Below the pieces are notes generated by a model that saw only the letters and a program-made list of their open reading frames with translations, was not told the DNA's origin and did not search any database. 32,000 nt of DNA from Nitrosospira multiformis ATCC 25196 (GTDB lineage Bacteria > Pseudomonadota > Gammaproteobacteria > Burkholderiales > Nitrosomonadaceae), in contig NC_007614.1 in assembly GCF_000196355.1 (NCBI RefSeq), forward strand, positions 2,160,001-2,192,000, given 5' to 3'. Each line of letters starts with the position of its first letter. The first letter of the stretch is position 1. Position numbers and translations under genes: made by a program. This document shows positions 9,206-17,845 of this stretch, in pieces.

Positions 9206-10443
9206 ATGTGCAAACTCCATCTGCCGGATGCACACGGCGGCTGATAATCATGCTTGCCGGGATAACCGGGGCAGCGCTTTCGCTCTGGATTACCGCCGCG
9301 CTGGCCGAGGAAGCCTTGGCCCTATCCACTGCCTCCACGACCGGACCGGAATCGATACTCGTCAAGAGTCTCCAGGAGATCTCCGAGAGCCGCATGGATT
9401 CCGCATTGAACGGAATCGAGCAACTACTCAAGACTAATCCGAATTTCCGGCTTGCTCATCTGATCAAGGGTGACCTGCTGCTGGCCCGCGCCCGTCCCAT
9501 TCACACCATTGGCGAAACTGGGACGGCAATACAGCAGCCTATCGACGATTTACGCGAGGAGGCAAGAGCACGGCTTCAGCGCCACTTGGCACCGATACCG
9601 CTCGACATGACCCCCAAGTATCTGCTGCAAATGCCGCCTGAGCAGAAATACGCAATCATTGCCGACACAGGCAGATCGCGGTTATATCTCTATAAGAATG
9701 TCGATGGAAGCCCGCGTTATCTGGCGGACTATTACATCAGTACGGGCAAGAACGGTTCTCAAAAGCTGAAGGAGGGGGATAAAAAGACACCCATAGGCGT
9801 CTACTTCGTTACTGACAACCTGCCGCGTCAAAGGCTATCGGATTTTTATGGAGGCATGGCGTTCCCCATCAACTATCCCAACGAATGGGACAAAAGGCAC
9901 GGGCGCAGCGGTTATGGCATCTGGCTGCACGGCACCCCTCCGGATACTTACAGCCGCCCGCCCCGAGCGAGCGATGGCTGCGTAGTACTTGCAAATGACG
10001 ACCTGAATGCACTGGCCTCAACACTTCAGGTCGGCATTACATCCGTCATCATCAGCGATCAGATGGAATGGGTCAAACCCCACGATGCCGCCGCGCTGCG
10101 TAGAAAACTGGCCCAGCACCTGGAGAGATGGCGGCGAAGCTGGGAAAGCGGAAATATGGATGATTACGTCGCCATTTACGGAAACGATTTTTCCAGTGGG
10201 GAGCAGAAGCTGACGGAATGGATGCGAGACAAACAGCAGGCGGGTGGGGAAAAAAACCCGCACAAGGTCGGTATCAGCAATGTAGGCATTTTTCTTTATC
10301 CTGGAAGAGATGATCTCGCGGTAATCAACTTCGATGAAGAATATTCCAGCAATGATCTTTCCAATAAAATGAAAAAACGCCAGTACTGGATGAAGGAAGA
10401 TAAAAGCGGATCCTGGAAGATCATTTACGAAAGTGCGGCATAA
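9202..10443 (+). CDS. L,D-transpeptidase (YkuD domain) with C-terminal Cds6-like domain
   Basis: YkuD catalytic motif GIWLHGTPPDTYSRPPRASDGCVVLAN. ATG 9202 overlaps the upstream TGA (ATGA), and there is a signal-like N-terminus (RRLIIMLAGITGAALSLWITAALA/EE). The ORF track start at 9172 would overlap the upstream gene by 34 nt. Confidence 0.85.
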   Translation: MNVQTPSAGCTRRLIIMLAGITGAALSLWITAALAEEALALSTASTTGPESILVKSLQEISESRMDSALNGIEQLLKTNPNFRLAHLIKGDLLLARARPIHTIGETGTAIQQPIDDLREEARARLQRHLAPIPLDMTPKYLLQMPPEQKYAIIADTGRSRLYLYKNVDGSPRYLADYYISTGKNGSQKLKEGDKKTPIGVYFVTDNLPRQRLSDFYGGMAFPINYPNEWDKRHGRSGYGIWLHGTPPDTYSRPPRASDGCVVLANDDLNALASTLQVGITSVIISDQMEWVKPHDAAALRRKLAQHLERWRRSWESGNMDDYVAIYGNDFSSGEQKLTEWMRDKQQAGGEKNPHKVGISNVGIFLYPGRDDLAVINFDEEYSSNDLSNKMKKRQYWMKEDKSGSWKIIYESAA

Positions 10444-10571
10444 TCTGGAAATTATCGCTGCCTGTCCTTTCTTCACCCCATGCCGTTCCAGGATAGTCCG
10501 GGCAGGAACCGGCAGGTACAGGAACGGATAATTCTTCCACTCTTATCACTCTTATTATTACGGTCAAGCTA

Positions 10572-11195
10572 ATGCATATTTTCAAAGTTTTCTCAGTCCT
10601 TGCGCTCTCTTTCAGCTTCACCGCTCTTGCCGCGAATTCACCGACAAGCCATCCGCAAGTTGAAATAAAAACCAATCTCGGTAAAGTGGTACTGGAACTC
10701 TATCCCGACAAGGCGCCAAAAACCGTCGAAAATTTTTTGCACTATGTGAACGACGGGCACTACACCGGCACCATATTCCATCGTGTTATCCCGGGATTCA
10801 TGATCCAGGGTGGCGGATTCGACAAGACTTTCAAGCAGAAATCTACGAGACCACCTGTTGAGAACGAGGCCGGAAACGGCCTCAAGAATGAGATTGGAAC
10901 AGTTGCAATGGCGCGTACCACAGACCCTCACTCAGCCACCGCACAGTTTTTTATCAATGTGGCCAATAACACATTTCTCAATCAAACCTCGCCTACTCCG
11001 CGCGGTTATGGCTATACCGTATTCGGCAAGGTCATCGAGGGAATGGACGTGGTCAACAGGATCGCAGCTGTTCCCACCGGTTCCGGCGGACCATTCTCCA
11101 CCGATGTGCCGAAGGAAACCATAGTAATCGAGGAAATGAGACTTATTGCAAACCCGTCTCTCGCCTCTCCCACCCATCCACAAAACAGGGATTGA
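10572..11195 (+). CDS. ppiA: periplasmic peptidyl-prolyl cis-trans isomerase (cyclophilin type)
   Basis: Signal peptide ([16 protein letters not shown]) followed by a cyclophilin core ([41 protein letters not shown]). Confidence 0.9.
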   Translation: MHIFKVFSVLALSFSFTALAANSPTSHPQVEIKTNLGKVVLELYPDKAPKTVENFLHYVNDGHYTGTIFHRVIPGFMIQGGGFDKTFKQKSTRPPVENEAGNGLKNEIGTVAMARTTDPHSATAQFFINVANNTFLNQTSPTPRGYGYTVFGKVIEGMDVVNRIAAVPTGSGGPFSTDVPKETIVIEEMRLIANPSLASPTHPQNRD

Positions 11196-11196
11196 T

Positions 11197-11691
11197 ATGA
11201 TCAGACTGCAAACGAACTACGGCGACATCATGCTCGAACTCGATCACGAAAAAGCACCGGTAACTGTCCAGAATTTTATAGACTATGTAAATAGCGGATA
11301 TTACGACAACACGATATTTCACCGCGTGATTGACGGATTCATGATTCAGGGAGGCGGTTTCGAACCGGGCATGATCCAGAAAAAAACCCGTGCCCCGATT
11401 GCAAATGAAGCAGGCAACGGTCTCAAGAACGATAAATATACCATCGCCATGGCGCGCACCTCTGATCCTCATTCAGCAACCGGTCAATTCTTTATCAATG
11501 TCAAGGATAACGATTTTCTGAATTACAAATCCCCCACAGCGCAAGGCTATGGCTACTGTGTGTTCGGCAAGGTGGTGGAAGGCATGGACGTAGTGGACAA
11601 GATCAAAAAGGTTAAAACGGGTACCCGCAGCGGCCATCAGGATGTACCTGTAGAAAATGCGATACTGGAAAAGGCAGAGGTAATTCAATAA
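11197..11691 (+). CDS. ppiB: cytoplasmic peptidyl-prolyl cis-trans isomerase (cyclophilin type)
   Basis: ATG 11197 lies 1 nt after the ppiA stop. The product begins [21 protein letters not shown] with no signal peptide and has a cyclophilin core ([34 protein letters not shown]). Confidence 0.9.
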   Translation: MIRLQTNYGDIMLELDHEKAPVTVQNFIDYVNSGYYDNTIFHRVIDGFMIQGGGFEPGMIQKKTRAPIANEAGNGLKNDKYTIAMARTSDPHSATGQFFINVKDNDFLNYKSPTAQGYGYCVFGKVVEGMDVVDKIKKVKTGTRSGHQDVPVENAILEKAEVIQ

Positions 11692-11705
11692 CGTTTGTCA
11701 ACATC

Positions 11706-12386
11706 ATGAGCATGTCAGCACCTAAAGCTTTTTTCTCGCTTGGATTTGCGATCGCGCTGTGGCTGCCGGCCCCGGCTTTGCACGCTCTCCCTTTTGCAGA
11801 TACGGTAGTCAGCTTTACTCCCGGAGACAGTAGCTTCCCTGGCAGCATCTATGGGGTGGAGGATGATAGCGGTGGCATTTACACGGGCCTCTCGGGAGAA
11901 GGCGTTTTTGATGCCCGGGCGGTAACGGCCCTGGATGGAGCGGTGCTCGGACTGGGCGGCTCAGCCGGAACCCCCGGATCCATCACTCTGCACTTCAGCC
12001 GCGGTGAAGTAGTGGATGGGCCCGGCGCGGATCTGCGGTTGTACGACACGTTCAGCTTCCGGGACGGGTTCAACCTGGAAATAAGCGCGGATGGGACACA
12101 CTTCATGAACGCGTTTTTCTCCGCCGGGGATTTGTCGTATTTTGAATGTTCTCTTCAGCAACCTTGCACTGACGATGTAGACATTGCAGCCCTCCAGCTG
12201 GATGCGTTCAGCTACCTCCGGATCACTGCCGCGGGTAACATTGCTCAAGGCTTTCCAGAAGCCTATACACTGGATGCCGTGGAGGCGCTCCACTATCGTT
12301 CCAGCACGGTTCCCGAGCCCGGAACACTTGCATTGCTGGGGCTTGCTGCCGTCGGTCTGGCTTTTGCTCGCCGGCGTAAAGATTGA
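11706..12386 (+). CDS. PEP-CTERM sorting-domain protein
   Basis: N-terminal signal peptide and a C-terminal VPEPGTLALLGLAAVGLAFARRRKD, which is the canonical PEP motif plus TM helix plus basic cluster. Confidence 0.8.
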   Translation: MSMSAPKAFFSLGFAIALWLPAPALHALPFADTVVSFTPGDSSFPGSIYGVEDDSGGIYTGLSGEGVFDARAVTALDGAVLGLGGSAGTPGSITLHFSRGEVVDGPGADLRLYDTFSFRDGFNLEISADGTHFMNAFFSAGDLSYFECSLQQPCTDDVDIAALQLDAFSYLRITAAGNIAQGFPEAYTLDAVEALHYRSSTVPEPGTLALLGLAAVGLAFARRRKD

Positions 12387-12472
12387 ATTGCAGATCGAAT
12401 TGCGCTCGAACCCGCTCCGGGAACGACCACGGCTGATTGTCTTATCTTGCTTATCTTTTATCGGGAGAAATC

Positions 12473-13297
12473 ATGTTCACCCTGTCCACCTTCAGGCTCC
12501 TCATTGCGCTATCGATCAGTGCCTGGCTGGCAATGCTTTCCGGTTGCGCCACTACCACGGCAGGCGGTGCGGTCGGCGCAAACCGTTCCCAGCTTTTGCT
12601 CATATCCTCGGAACAGCTGGAGCAAACGGCGGCACAAGGCTATAGTCAGCTGAAAACGGAAGCGACCCAAAAAGGCGCCCTGAACACGAATGAAAAACTG
12701 CTGCAACGAGTGCGTGCTATCGCTCGCCGCATCGAGCCGCAAACGGGCATATTTCGAAAGGACGCTCCCGCGTGGAACTGGGAAGTCAATGTAATCGACA
12801 GCGATGAGCTTAATGCTTTTTGCATGCCTGGCGGAAAAATCATGTTTTATTCCGGGCTGATCAATCAGCTCAAATTGACAGATGAAGAAATCGCTGTGGT
12901 GATGGGGCATGAAATTGCCCACGCCCTGCGCGAGCACTCGCGCGAGCAGGTGTCGCAGGCTATTGCGGCGCAAACGGCACTGGGAGTGGGAACCGCAGTG
13001 TTCGGTCTCAGCCAGACTACCGCTCAGATCGCCGGCATCGGATATCAGGCGTTCATCGCCACCCACTTCAGTCGCACGGACGAAGCCGAAGCGGATCGCA
13101 TCGGGCTCGAATTGTCGGCTCGTGCTGGTTATAATCCCCGGGCCGGGGTCACACTGTGGCAAAAAATGATCAATGCCAATGCGGGAGGACAACTGCCCGA
13201 GTTTCTGAGCAGTCACCCTGCTGATTCCACCCGTGTGCAGCAGATCGAGTCGCTGCTGCCGGTCGTCATGCCACTTTATGAAGCAGCCCGCCGATGA
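12473..13297 (+). CDS. M48-family zinc metalloprotease lipoprotein (LoiP/YcaL-like)
   Basis: GGGAGA RBS before ATG 12473, a lipobox (AMLSGC), the HExxH motif HEIAHALREH, and a downstream EADRIGLELSARAGYNP block typical of M48. Confidence 0.85.
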   Translation: MFTLSTFRLLIALSISAWLAMLSGCATTTAGGAVGANRSQLLLISSEQLEQTAAQGYSQLKTEATQKGALNTNEKLLQRVRAIARRIEPQTGIFRKDAPAWNWEVNVIDSDELNAFCMPGGKIMFYSGLINQLKLTDEEIAVVMGHEIAHALREHSREQVSQAIAAQTALGVGTAVFGLSQTTAQIAGIGYQAFIATHFSRTDEAEADRIGLELSARAGYNPRAGVTLWQKMINANAGGQLPEFLSSHPADSTRVQQIESLLPVVMPLYEAARR

Positions 13298-13375
13298 CGC
13301 CCAAAGTCAGGTTAGCCCTCCTCGATATAAGCTGCTTGCGTCGATAAGCCAACAGCATCACTCGTGAAGCAAAAC

Positions 13376-13408
13376 AAAGCCGGGCTTCCTTCCTTTTGGC
13401 CCGGCTTT
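13376..13408 (-). terminator. rho-independent terminator between convergent M48 and S8 genes
   Basis: 10-bp stem AAAGCCGGGC/GCCCGGCTTT with a 13-nt loop. On the minus strand it is followed by GTTTTGCTT. Confidence 0.5.
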
Positions 13409-13440
13409 GCCAACCCGAAAAAACGACCTTCCACCTCCCG

Positions 13441-15201
13441 CTACTTGACTACCGTCACGCTGACGGATGAGGATGCGCTATTTCCCGCCGCATCCTTGGC
13501 GACTACCTGAACAGTATGTGCACCCGCGGCAACATTACGTATATTCCAGTTGTAACCCAGCGTACTTCCCTTTCCGGTAGCCTTGAGCACGCCGTCGATG
13601 TAGAGCGCATAGGTAATTCCGGAAGCGCCGCTATCATCGCTTGCATTTACGCTGATGGGCACGTTGCTTCCCGAAACATTGCCTGTGACCGGATTTACGA
13701 TCTTCACCTGTGGCGCGGTAGTATCCCTGGCCACCGTTGTCGTTCCGTTTGCCACATTCACCGAGACGGTGGTCGAAGCCTTGGAGTTGCCGGCCGCATC
13801 GAATGCATAAGCGGTCAGGTTCGCCATACCGTTGGCTACGCCTGCCGAATCCCAGGTGAAGGCGAACGGCGCCGTGGTGTCGACTGCGACTGTGGTATTG
13901 TTGACCCGCAACTCGACACGGGTCACGCCGACGTTATCGCTCGCAGCCACGTTTACGCCGACCAGACCTGTTACGCTTGATCCGCCAGCAGGGGAAGTGA
14001 TGGAAACCGCCGGGGCCTGCGTGTCTCCGGCGACCACTGCCGAGGCCGCCGCCTGCACCGCGCGTGCAGCATCAACCCGTCCATAGCCATAATAGGGATC
14101 GCGCCCCGCTGTGCCCAGATCCACGGCAGTTGAAAACAGCAGACTCTCGATCTGGGTATTGGATAATGTCGGCTTTGCCGCCATCATGAGCGCCACCACG
14201 CCGGCCGTTACCGGACTTGAGAATGATGTGCCGGAAGCCGCGCCATAGCCGCCCCCCATAGTCGTCGTCCAAATTCCGGCTCCAGGCGCGGCAAGGGAGA
14301 TGTAGTTTCCGTAGCTCGACCAACTGGCTCTGAAGTCGTTCGCATCTGTAGCGGCTACAGCTACCATCGATGTCGTTACTGCATAATTCTGGAGCACTCC
14401 CGTATTTCCGCCACTCACGATCACCAGGCCACCTTTATCCTTCATGTATTGCGCCGCGCTCCGGGTGCTCGCACTGTCGGTCAGTCCGAGGAAGCTGGCA
14501 TTGGCGACGCGAACGCCGCGGTCTGCCGCATAGATAAGCCCTTGGGAAATCGCACTCCAGGTGGCATATCCAGTACTCCCGCTCACGCGGACAGGCATTA
14601 TTTTAGCCAACGCCGCCACGCCGGCAACGCCTTGGGCATTGTTTGCCATGGCTGCCGCTGACCCTGCAACCTTGGTTCCATGCCCGTAAACATCCGACGT
14701 GTTGGAATTGTTTTCGTAGAAATTCCAGCCTGGAACAAGCTGGGGTGAGAGATCAGGGTGATTCGGGTCAACTCCTGAATCCAGGATGGCGATGGTCACG
14801 CCGCTGCCCAGGGAACTGTCCCAGGCGGACGGAGCGCCAATCTTGGGCAAATGCCAGGCGCTGCCATAGTAGGGATCGTTCGGTATGAGCGCGGGTTCGA
14901 CTTCCTGGTCGATCTCGGCAAACTTGAGCGCCGGATGATGCGCAAGCCTTGCCGCCACCGCCTTCTCAGAGGCATTACCCGGCAAGTCGACGATGTACAG
15001 ATCGCTCTGCCCGATCTTCCTGCCCTTGCCGCCATGTTCGCCCAGAACCTTGGCCAGTTCCTTTTCCGGCAAGCCGGCACGCGGCATGACCAGGATGCGA
15101 CCCTTCGCCCAGCCAAGCGGCTTGTTCATTCCAGGCCCCCTGCCCTCCGGAGGCTCTGCACTGGAAATGACCGGACCCAATCCCAGCAAAACTGCCAGTA
15201 T
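13441..15201. repeat. direct repeat copy A (S8 gene body), mosaic 70-99% identity to 17846-19612
   Basis: Hand alignment at offset 4405-4411 nt. Near-identity blocks lie at about 13570-14030 and 14790-15201. Homology ends abruptly at 15201, inside the signal-peptide h-region. Confidence 0.85.
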
Positions 15202-15321
15202 GCCGCTCCAAAGGGGATACCAAGGTTTGGAGATGTGCTGCGAGTTGCGAGTGCTTGATTGAATAATGCCTGAAGCGGGTTCTCTTGAGCCAGTTGCAGG
15301 CGCTTTATGATTGATATTCAC
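13441..15321 (-). CDS. secreted S8 subtilisin-family serine protease with I9-like propeptide and two C-terminal Ig-like (Big_7-type) domains, paralog 1
   Basis: Catalytic triad contexts AILDSGVD, HGTKVAG and GTSFSSPVTAG. Two DT(Q/T)AP...ASD..G... Ig-like repeats are present. Best start is GTG 15321, 7 nt after GAGGAGG. The ORF track start at 15411 has no RBS, and the GTG start gives a length (626 aa) essentially equal to paralog 2. Confidence 0.9.
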   Translation of the reverse strand: MNINHKAPATGSREPASGIIQSSTRNSQHISKPWYPLWSGILAVLLGLGPVISSAEPPEGRGPGMNKPLGWAKGRILVMPRAGLPEKELAKVLGEHGGKGRKIGQSDLYIVDLPGNASEKAVAARLAHHPALKFAEIDQEVEPALIPNDPYYGSAWHLPKIGAPSAWDSSLGSGVTIAILDSGVDPNHPDLSPQLVPGWNFYENNSNTSDVYGHGTKVAGSAAAMANNAQGVAGVAALAKIMPVRVSGSTGYATWSAISQGLIYAADRGVRVANASFLGLTDSASTRSAAQYMKDKGGLVIVSGGNTGVLQNYAVTTSMVAVAATDANDFRASWSSYGNYISLAAPGAGIWTTTMGGGYGAASGTSFSSPVTAGVVALMMAAKPTLSNTQIESLLFSTAVDLGTAGRDPYYGYGRVDAARAVQAAASAVVAGDTQAPAVSITSPAGGSSVTGLVGVNVAASDNVGVTRVELRVNNTTVAVDTTAPFAFTWDSAGVANGMANLTAYAFDAAGNSKASTTVSVNVANGTTTVARDTTAPQVKIVNPVTGNVSGSNVPISVNASDDSGASGITYALYIDGVLKATGKGSTLGYNWNIRNVAAGAHTVQVVAKDAAGNSASSSVSVTVVK

Positions 15322-15908
15322 GTAGTTCCTCCTCTTGGGGAGGCGGAACCGCCTAGATAGGCCGGGTGCCGAAAAACGTACTGAGCCGGAGCATCGAGAT
15401 CCACTCAACACGTTCTAATAGCTTCTCGTCATCCAAAGAATCGACAAGAAAGAAAATGGCATTATCTGGCAGTCCTGCCGTCCTGGGGCCTTGAGCCCGG
15501 TAGACCGATGACTTTGCGTCCCCCGCTTTCGCGAGATTTGCCTTTTACAGATTAAAAATTGCAGCGTTATCGTATCTGAACTCCCCAGGGGGTATGGGTG
15601 AAGCAACTGCACAAAAATCATTCTGTTCGTTGCTTTATTTAAAGGTGAAAAATGCTGCCGCTCCCGAACCCCGAGGAGATTTCGAAATTTGCAATTCTTG
15701 CAAACCAAACTTCCTGCCACTCCGGGTCAAACAGTACTCCTCCTGGTCGAAGAATTTTACATATCACTGCAGAATGGAAGAGCTCGAAGCAAACAAGGCT
15801 GATTTTATTGGAGTTTTAATTTAGGCACGAAAATTGCTAAAGAAGCTCCGATAGGCCGAAAACGAAGTTTCGAACCTATCCAACAAAAACTTATCAGGAG
15901 AACAAATA

Positions 15909-16580
15909 ATGAAGAGTCATTTGAAGGGAGCGTTTGCTGCACTGGGACTGCTGTCTGTGGCAGGAGGTGCCCAGGCAGCAATTTTCCAAATCGATTTCAC
16001 TACTGCCGGCGCGTTTTCCGGCACCGCGCCGTCCCAGCCAACAGATCCGAATGCAATTTTTGCGACAGCGACTTTCGACGATCACAACAGCTCCGGGTCG
16101 GTGACGCTGACAATGAATGTCTTTAATAATTTGTCCGCTGGCGCTTACGTCAATGACTGGTACTTCAACGTCGATTCGGCGCCATTGAGCGGTATCACCT
16201 TTGTGAGCGGAGTGGCCGCGCAGACCATCCAGAACGGAACAGATGCGTTCAAGGCCGATGGCACCGGCGGCAACTTTGATTTCGCATTTCATTTTCCCAC
16301 CCGCAATCCCGGAGAGTTGGGGCAAGGTCATACGTCCGTATATACCTTGACGGGAGGGGGCATTACTGCCGATTCTTTTAACGCGGTATCGGTATCCGCA
16401 CCGCCCAACGCGGGTAATGGCGGATATGTCAGCGCGCTCCACGTCCAGGGCTATGGCAACAGTGTCTGGATCGGCACTGACGGCGGGCCACCTTCCAATG
16501 AAATACCAGAACCGGCAACGCTTGCACTACTCGGGCTTGGCCTTTTGGGAATCGCGGCAACCAGGCGCCAGAAACGCTAG
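15909..16580 (+). CDS. PEP-CTERM sorting-domain protein
   Basis: AGGAGA RBS, signal peptide (LGLLSVAGGAQA/AI), and C-terminal IPEPATLALLGLGLLGIAATRRQKR. Confidence 0.85.
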   Translation: MKSHLKGAFAALGLLSVAGGAQAAIFQIDFTTAGAFSGTAPSQPTDPNAIFATATFDDHNSSGSVTLTMNVFNNLSAGAYVNDWYFNVDSAPLSGITFVSGVAAQTIQNGTDAFKADGTGGNFDFAFHFPTRNPGELGQGHTSVYTLTGGGITADSFNAVSVSAPPNAGNGGYVSALHVQGYGNSVWIGTDGGPPSNEIPEPATLALLGLGLLGIAATRRQKR

Positions 16581-16610
16581 AGCCTGCAAACAAGACAACT
16601 TGCATGATCA

Positions 16611-16636
16611 AAAACCCCGCTCTCGCGGGGTTTTTG
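16611..16636 (+). terminator. rho-independent terminator
   Basis: AAAACCCCGC-TCTC-GCGGGGTTTTT lies 30 nt after the stop at 16580. It is flanked by an A-tract and a T-tract, so it could act in both directions. Confidence 0.8.
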
Positions 16637-16951
16637 TTATCGATAATATTTACACCTCCTTGCCCGTCAAGCCACGGTAGTGCCCGTAGAGCGAAACCCC
16701 GAGGATAAATATTCCGGCGATGCTCTTCCCAATAATCGATATCAACTCCCTCATGCACCCAGGCCTCTCGCGCCCCAGCCTTCATTCATATCGAAAATAT
16801 TTTCATGCCATATATTATTCCTATTACTATCTCAGCAGCGTTTGATTTGACACATGCTCAAGCGGAACAGCTAGATGTAAAAAAAATCGACAGGGATGGG
16901 TGGTAATAACACCGAAATATCCCAGCTTCCGGTTCATCTCTGTCGTTACCC

Positions 16952-16980
16952 AAAAAAAAGCTCGCCGAAGCGAGCTTTTT
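16952..16980 (-). terminator. rho-independent terminator
   Basis: A8-GCTCGC-CGAA-GCGAGC-T5. On the minus strand the stem is followed by U8, about 20 nt after the stop at 17001. Confidence 0.8.
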
Positions 16981-17000
16981 AACTGGAATAGCGAATCTGT

Positions 17001-17672
17001 TTAAGCAAGCCTATTTCTCTGCCTGCGCGATACACCCCATCCCAGCAGCCCCAGCCCGAGAAGGGCAAGCGTCGTCGGCTCCGGAAGCTCTTGCGGCGGC
17101 GGACCTCCGAGTTCGGTAGGCCCCAGGCGAACTTGCTGTAAATCAGAAATCCCCGTCATTTGAACAGTACTGTCGATCGTTACTTTCACCATTACCTGGT
17201 TATCCAGGGAAAAACCGGTGAAAAAGTTCTGCCCGGAACCACTAAGTGGCTGATTCAAGAAGCTGAAGGTTGTGCCGAACTGATCCAACAGAAAGATGTT
17301 GGCAGAACCATCCGCGGCAGCATCAATATTGAACTGGACTTTCGAGAATCCAAGATTTGGATCGACCAAGCCGAAATCGATAAAGTTAAATGAACCATCA
17401 GCTGCTTCAATACGCGCCTGCCCTCCCGCCGGAGCAAAAATGTCTTCGTTACTTGTGAATCTGACAAGCTCACCGGTAGTCGGCGGATTGAGCTGTCCGA
17501 TAACTTCATGATCAAGAGTTGGATCAGGTTGATTAAAAAGTACATTATCCACATCTCCCGAGCCCCCTACCAGTCCTGGGCTTAACTGAAGAGTCGCGAA
17601 TGTATTTCCTGATAAAAGCACGCCGAGCAAAGCAACTCCGGCGCAGATCTTAAGTTTTCTCATGCCGTTCAT
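17001..17672 (-). CDS. PEP-CTERM sorting-domain protein
   Basis: GGGAGGGG RBS, signal peptide (VALLGVLLSGNTFA/TL), and C-terminal LPEPTTLALLGLGLLGWGVSRRQRNRLA. GC is visibly lower than in the neighbouring genes. Confidence 0.85.
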   Translation of the reverse strand: MNGMRKLKICAGVALLGVLLSGNTFATLQLSPGLVGGSGDVDNVLFNQPDPTLDHEVIGQLNPPTTGELVRFTSNEDIFAPAGGQARIEAADGSFNFIDFGLVDPNLGFSKVQFNIDAAADGSANIFLLDQFGTTFSFLNQPLSGSGQNFFTGFSLDNQVMVKVTIDSTVQMTGISDLQQVRLGPTELGGPPPQELPEPTTLALLGLGLLGWGVSRRQRNRLA

Positions 17673-17845
17673 GTTATGCCCCTCCCAAGTAAGAAGTTAT
17701 CTCCCTCGCTTGATCTGAAGCAAGTTGGATGCCAATGAGAAAGTCTATGAAAAACCTCGAGTTTCTTCCATCTTCCCGGAAGGGGTGTAAAAATTTACGA
17801 CATGTGAACGGGTAATAACATGCTCCTTGCTACTGCTTCTATCGG

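Noticed and set aside
11146-11196. Upstream start for ppiB overlapping ppiA by 50 nt
   Set aside because: The extension is read from the ppiA 3' end in another frame. Cyclophilin B homologues begin at MI.L.T..G.
12509-13216. 235-aa ORF antisense to the M48 protease gene
   Set aside because: The plus frame carries the lipobox and HExxH. The antisense product has no features.
15415-15824. ORFs of 101 aa (minus) and 76 aa (plus) in the subtilase 1 / PEP-CTERM intergenic region
   Set aside because: They have no RBS, overlap each other on opposite strands, and show low-complexity, non-protein-like composition.
16805-16906. 33-codon ORF MPYIIPITISAAFDLTHAQAEQLDVKKIDRDGW between the two terminators
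   Set aside because: It has no Shine-Dalgarno and no recognisable peptide class. It is kept only as a note within the spacer finding.
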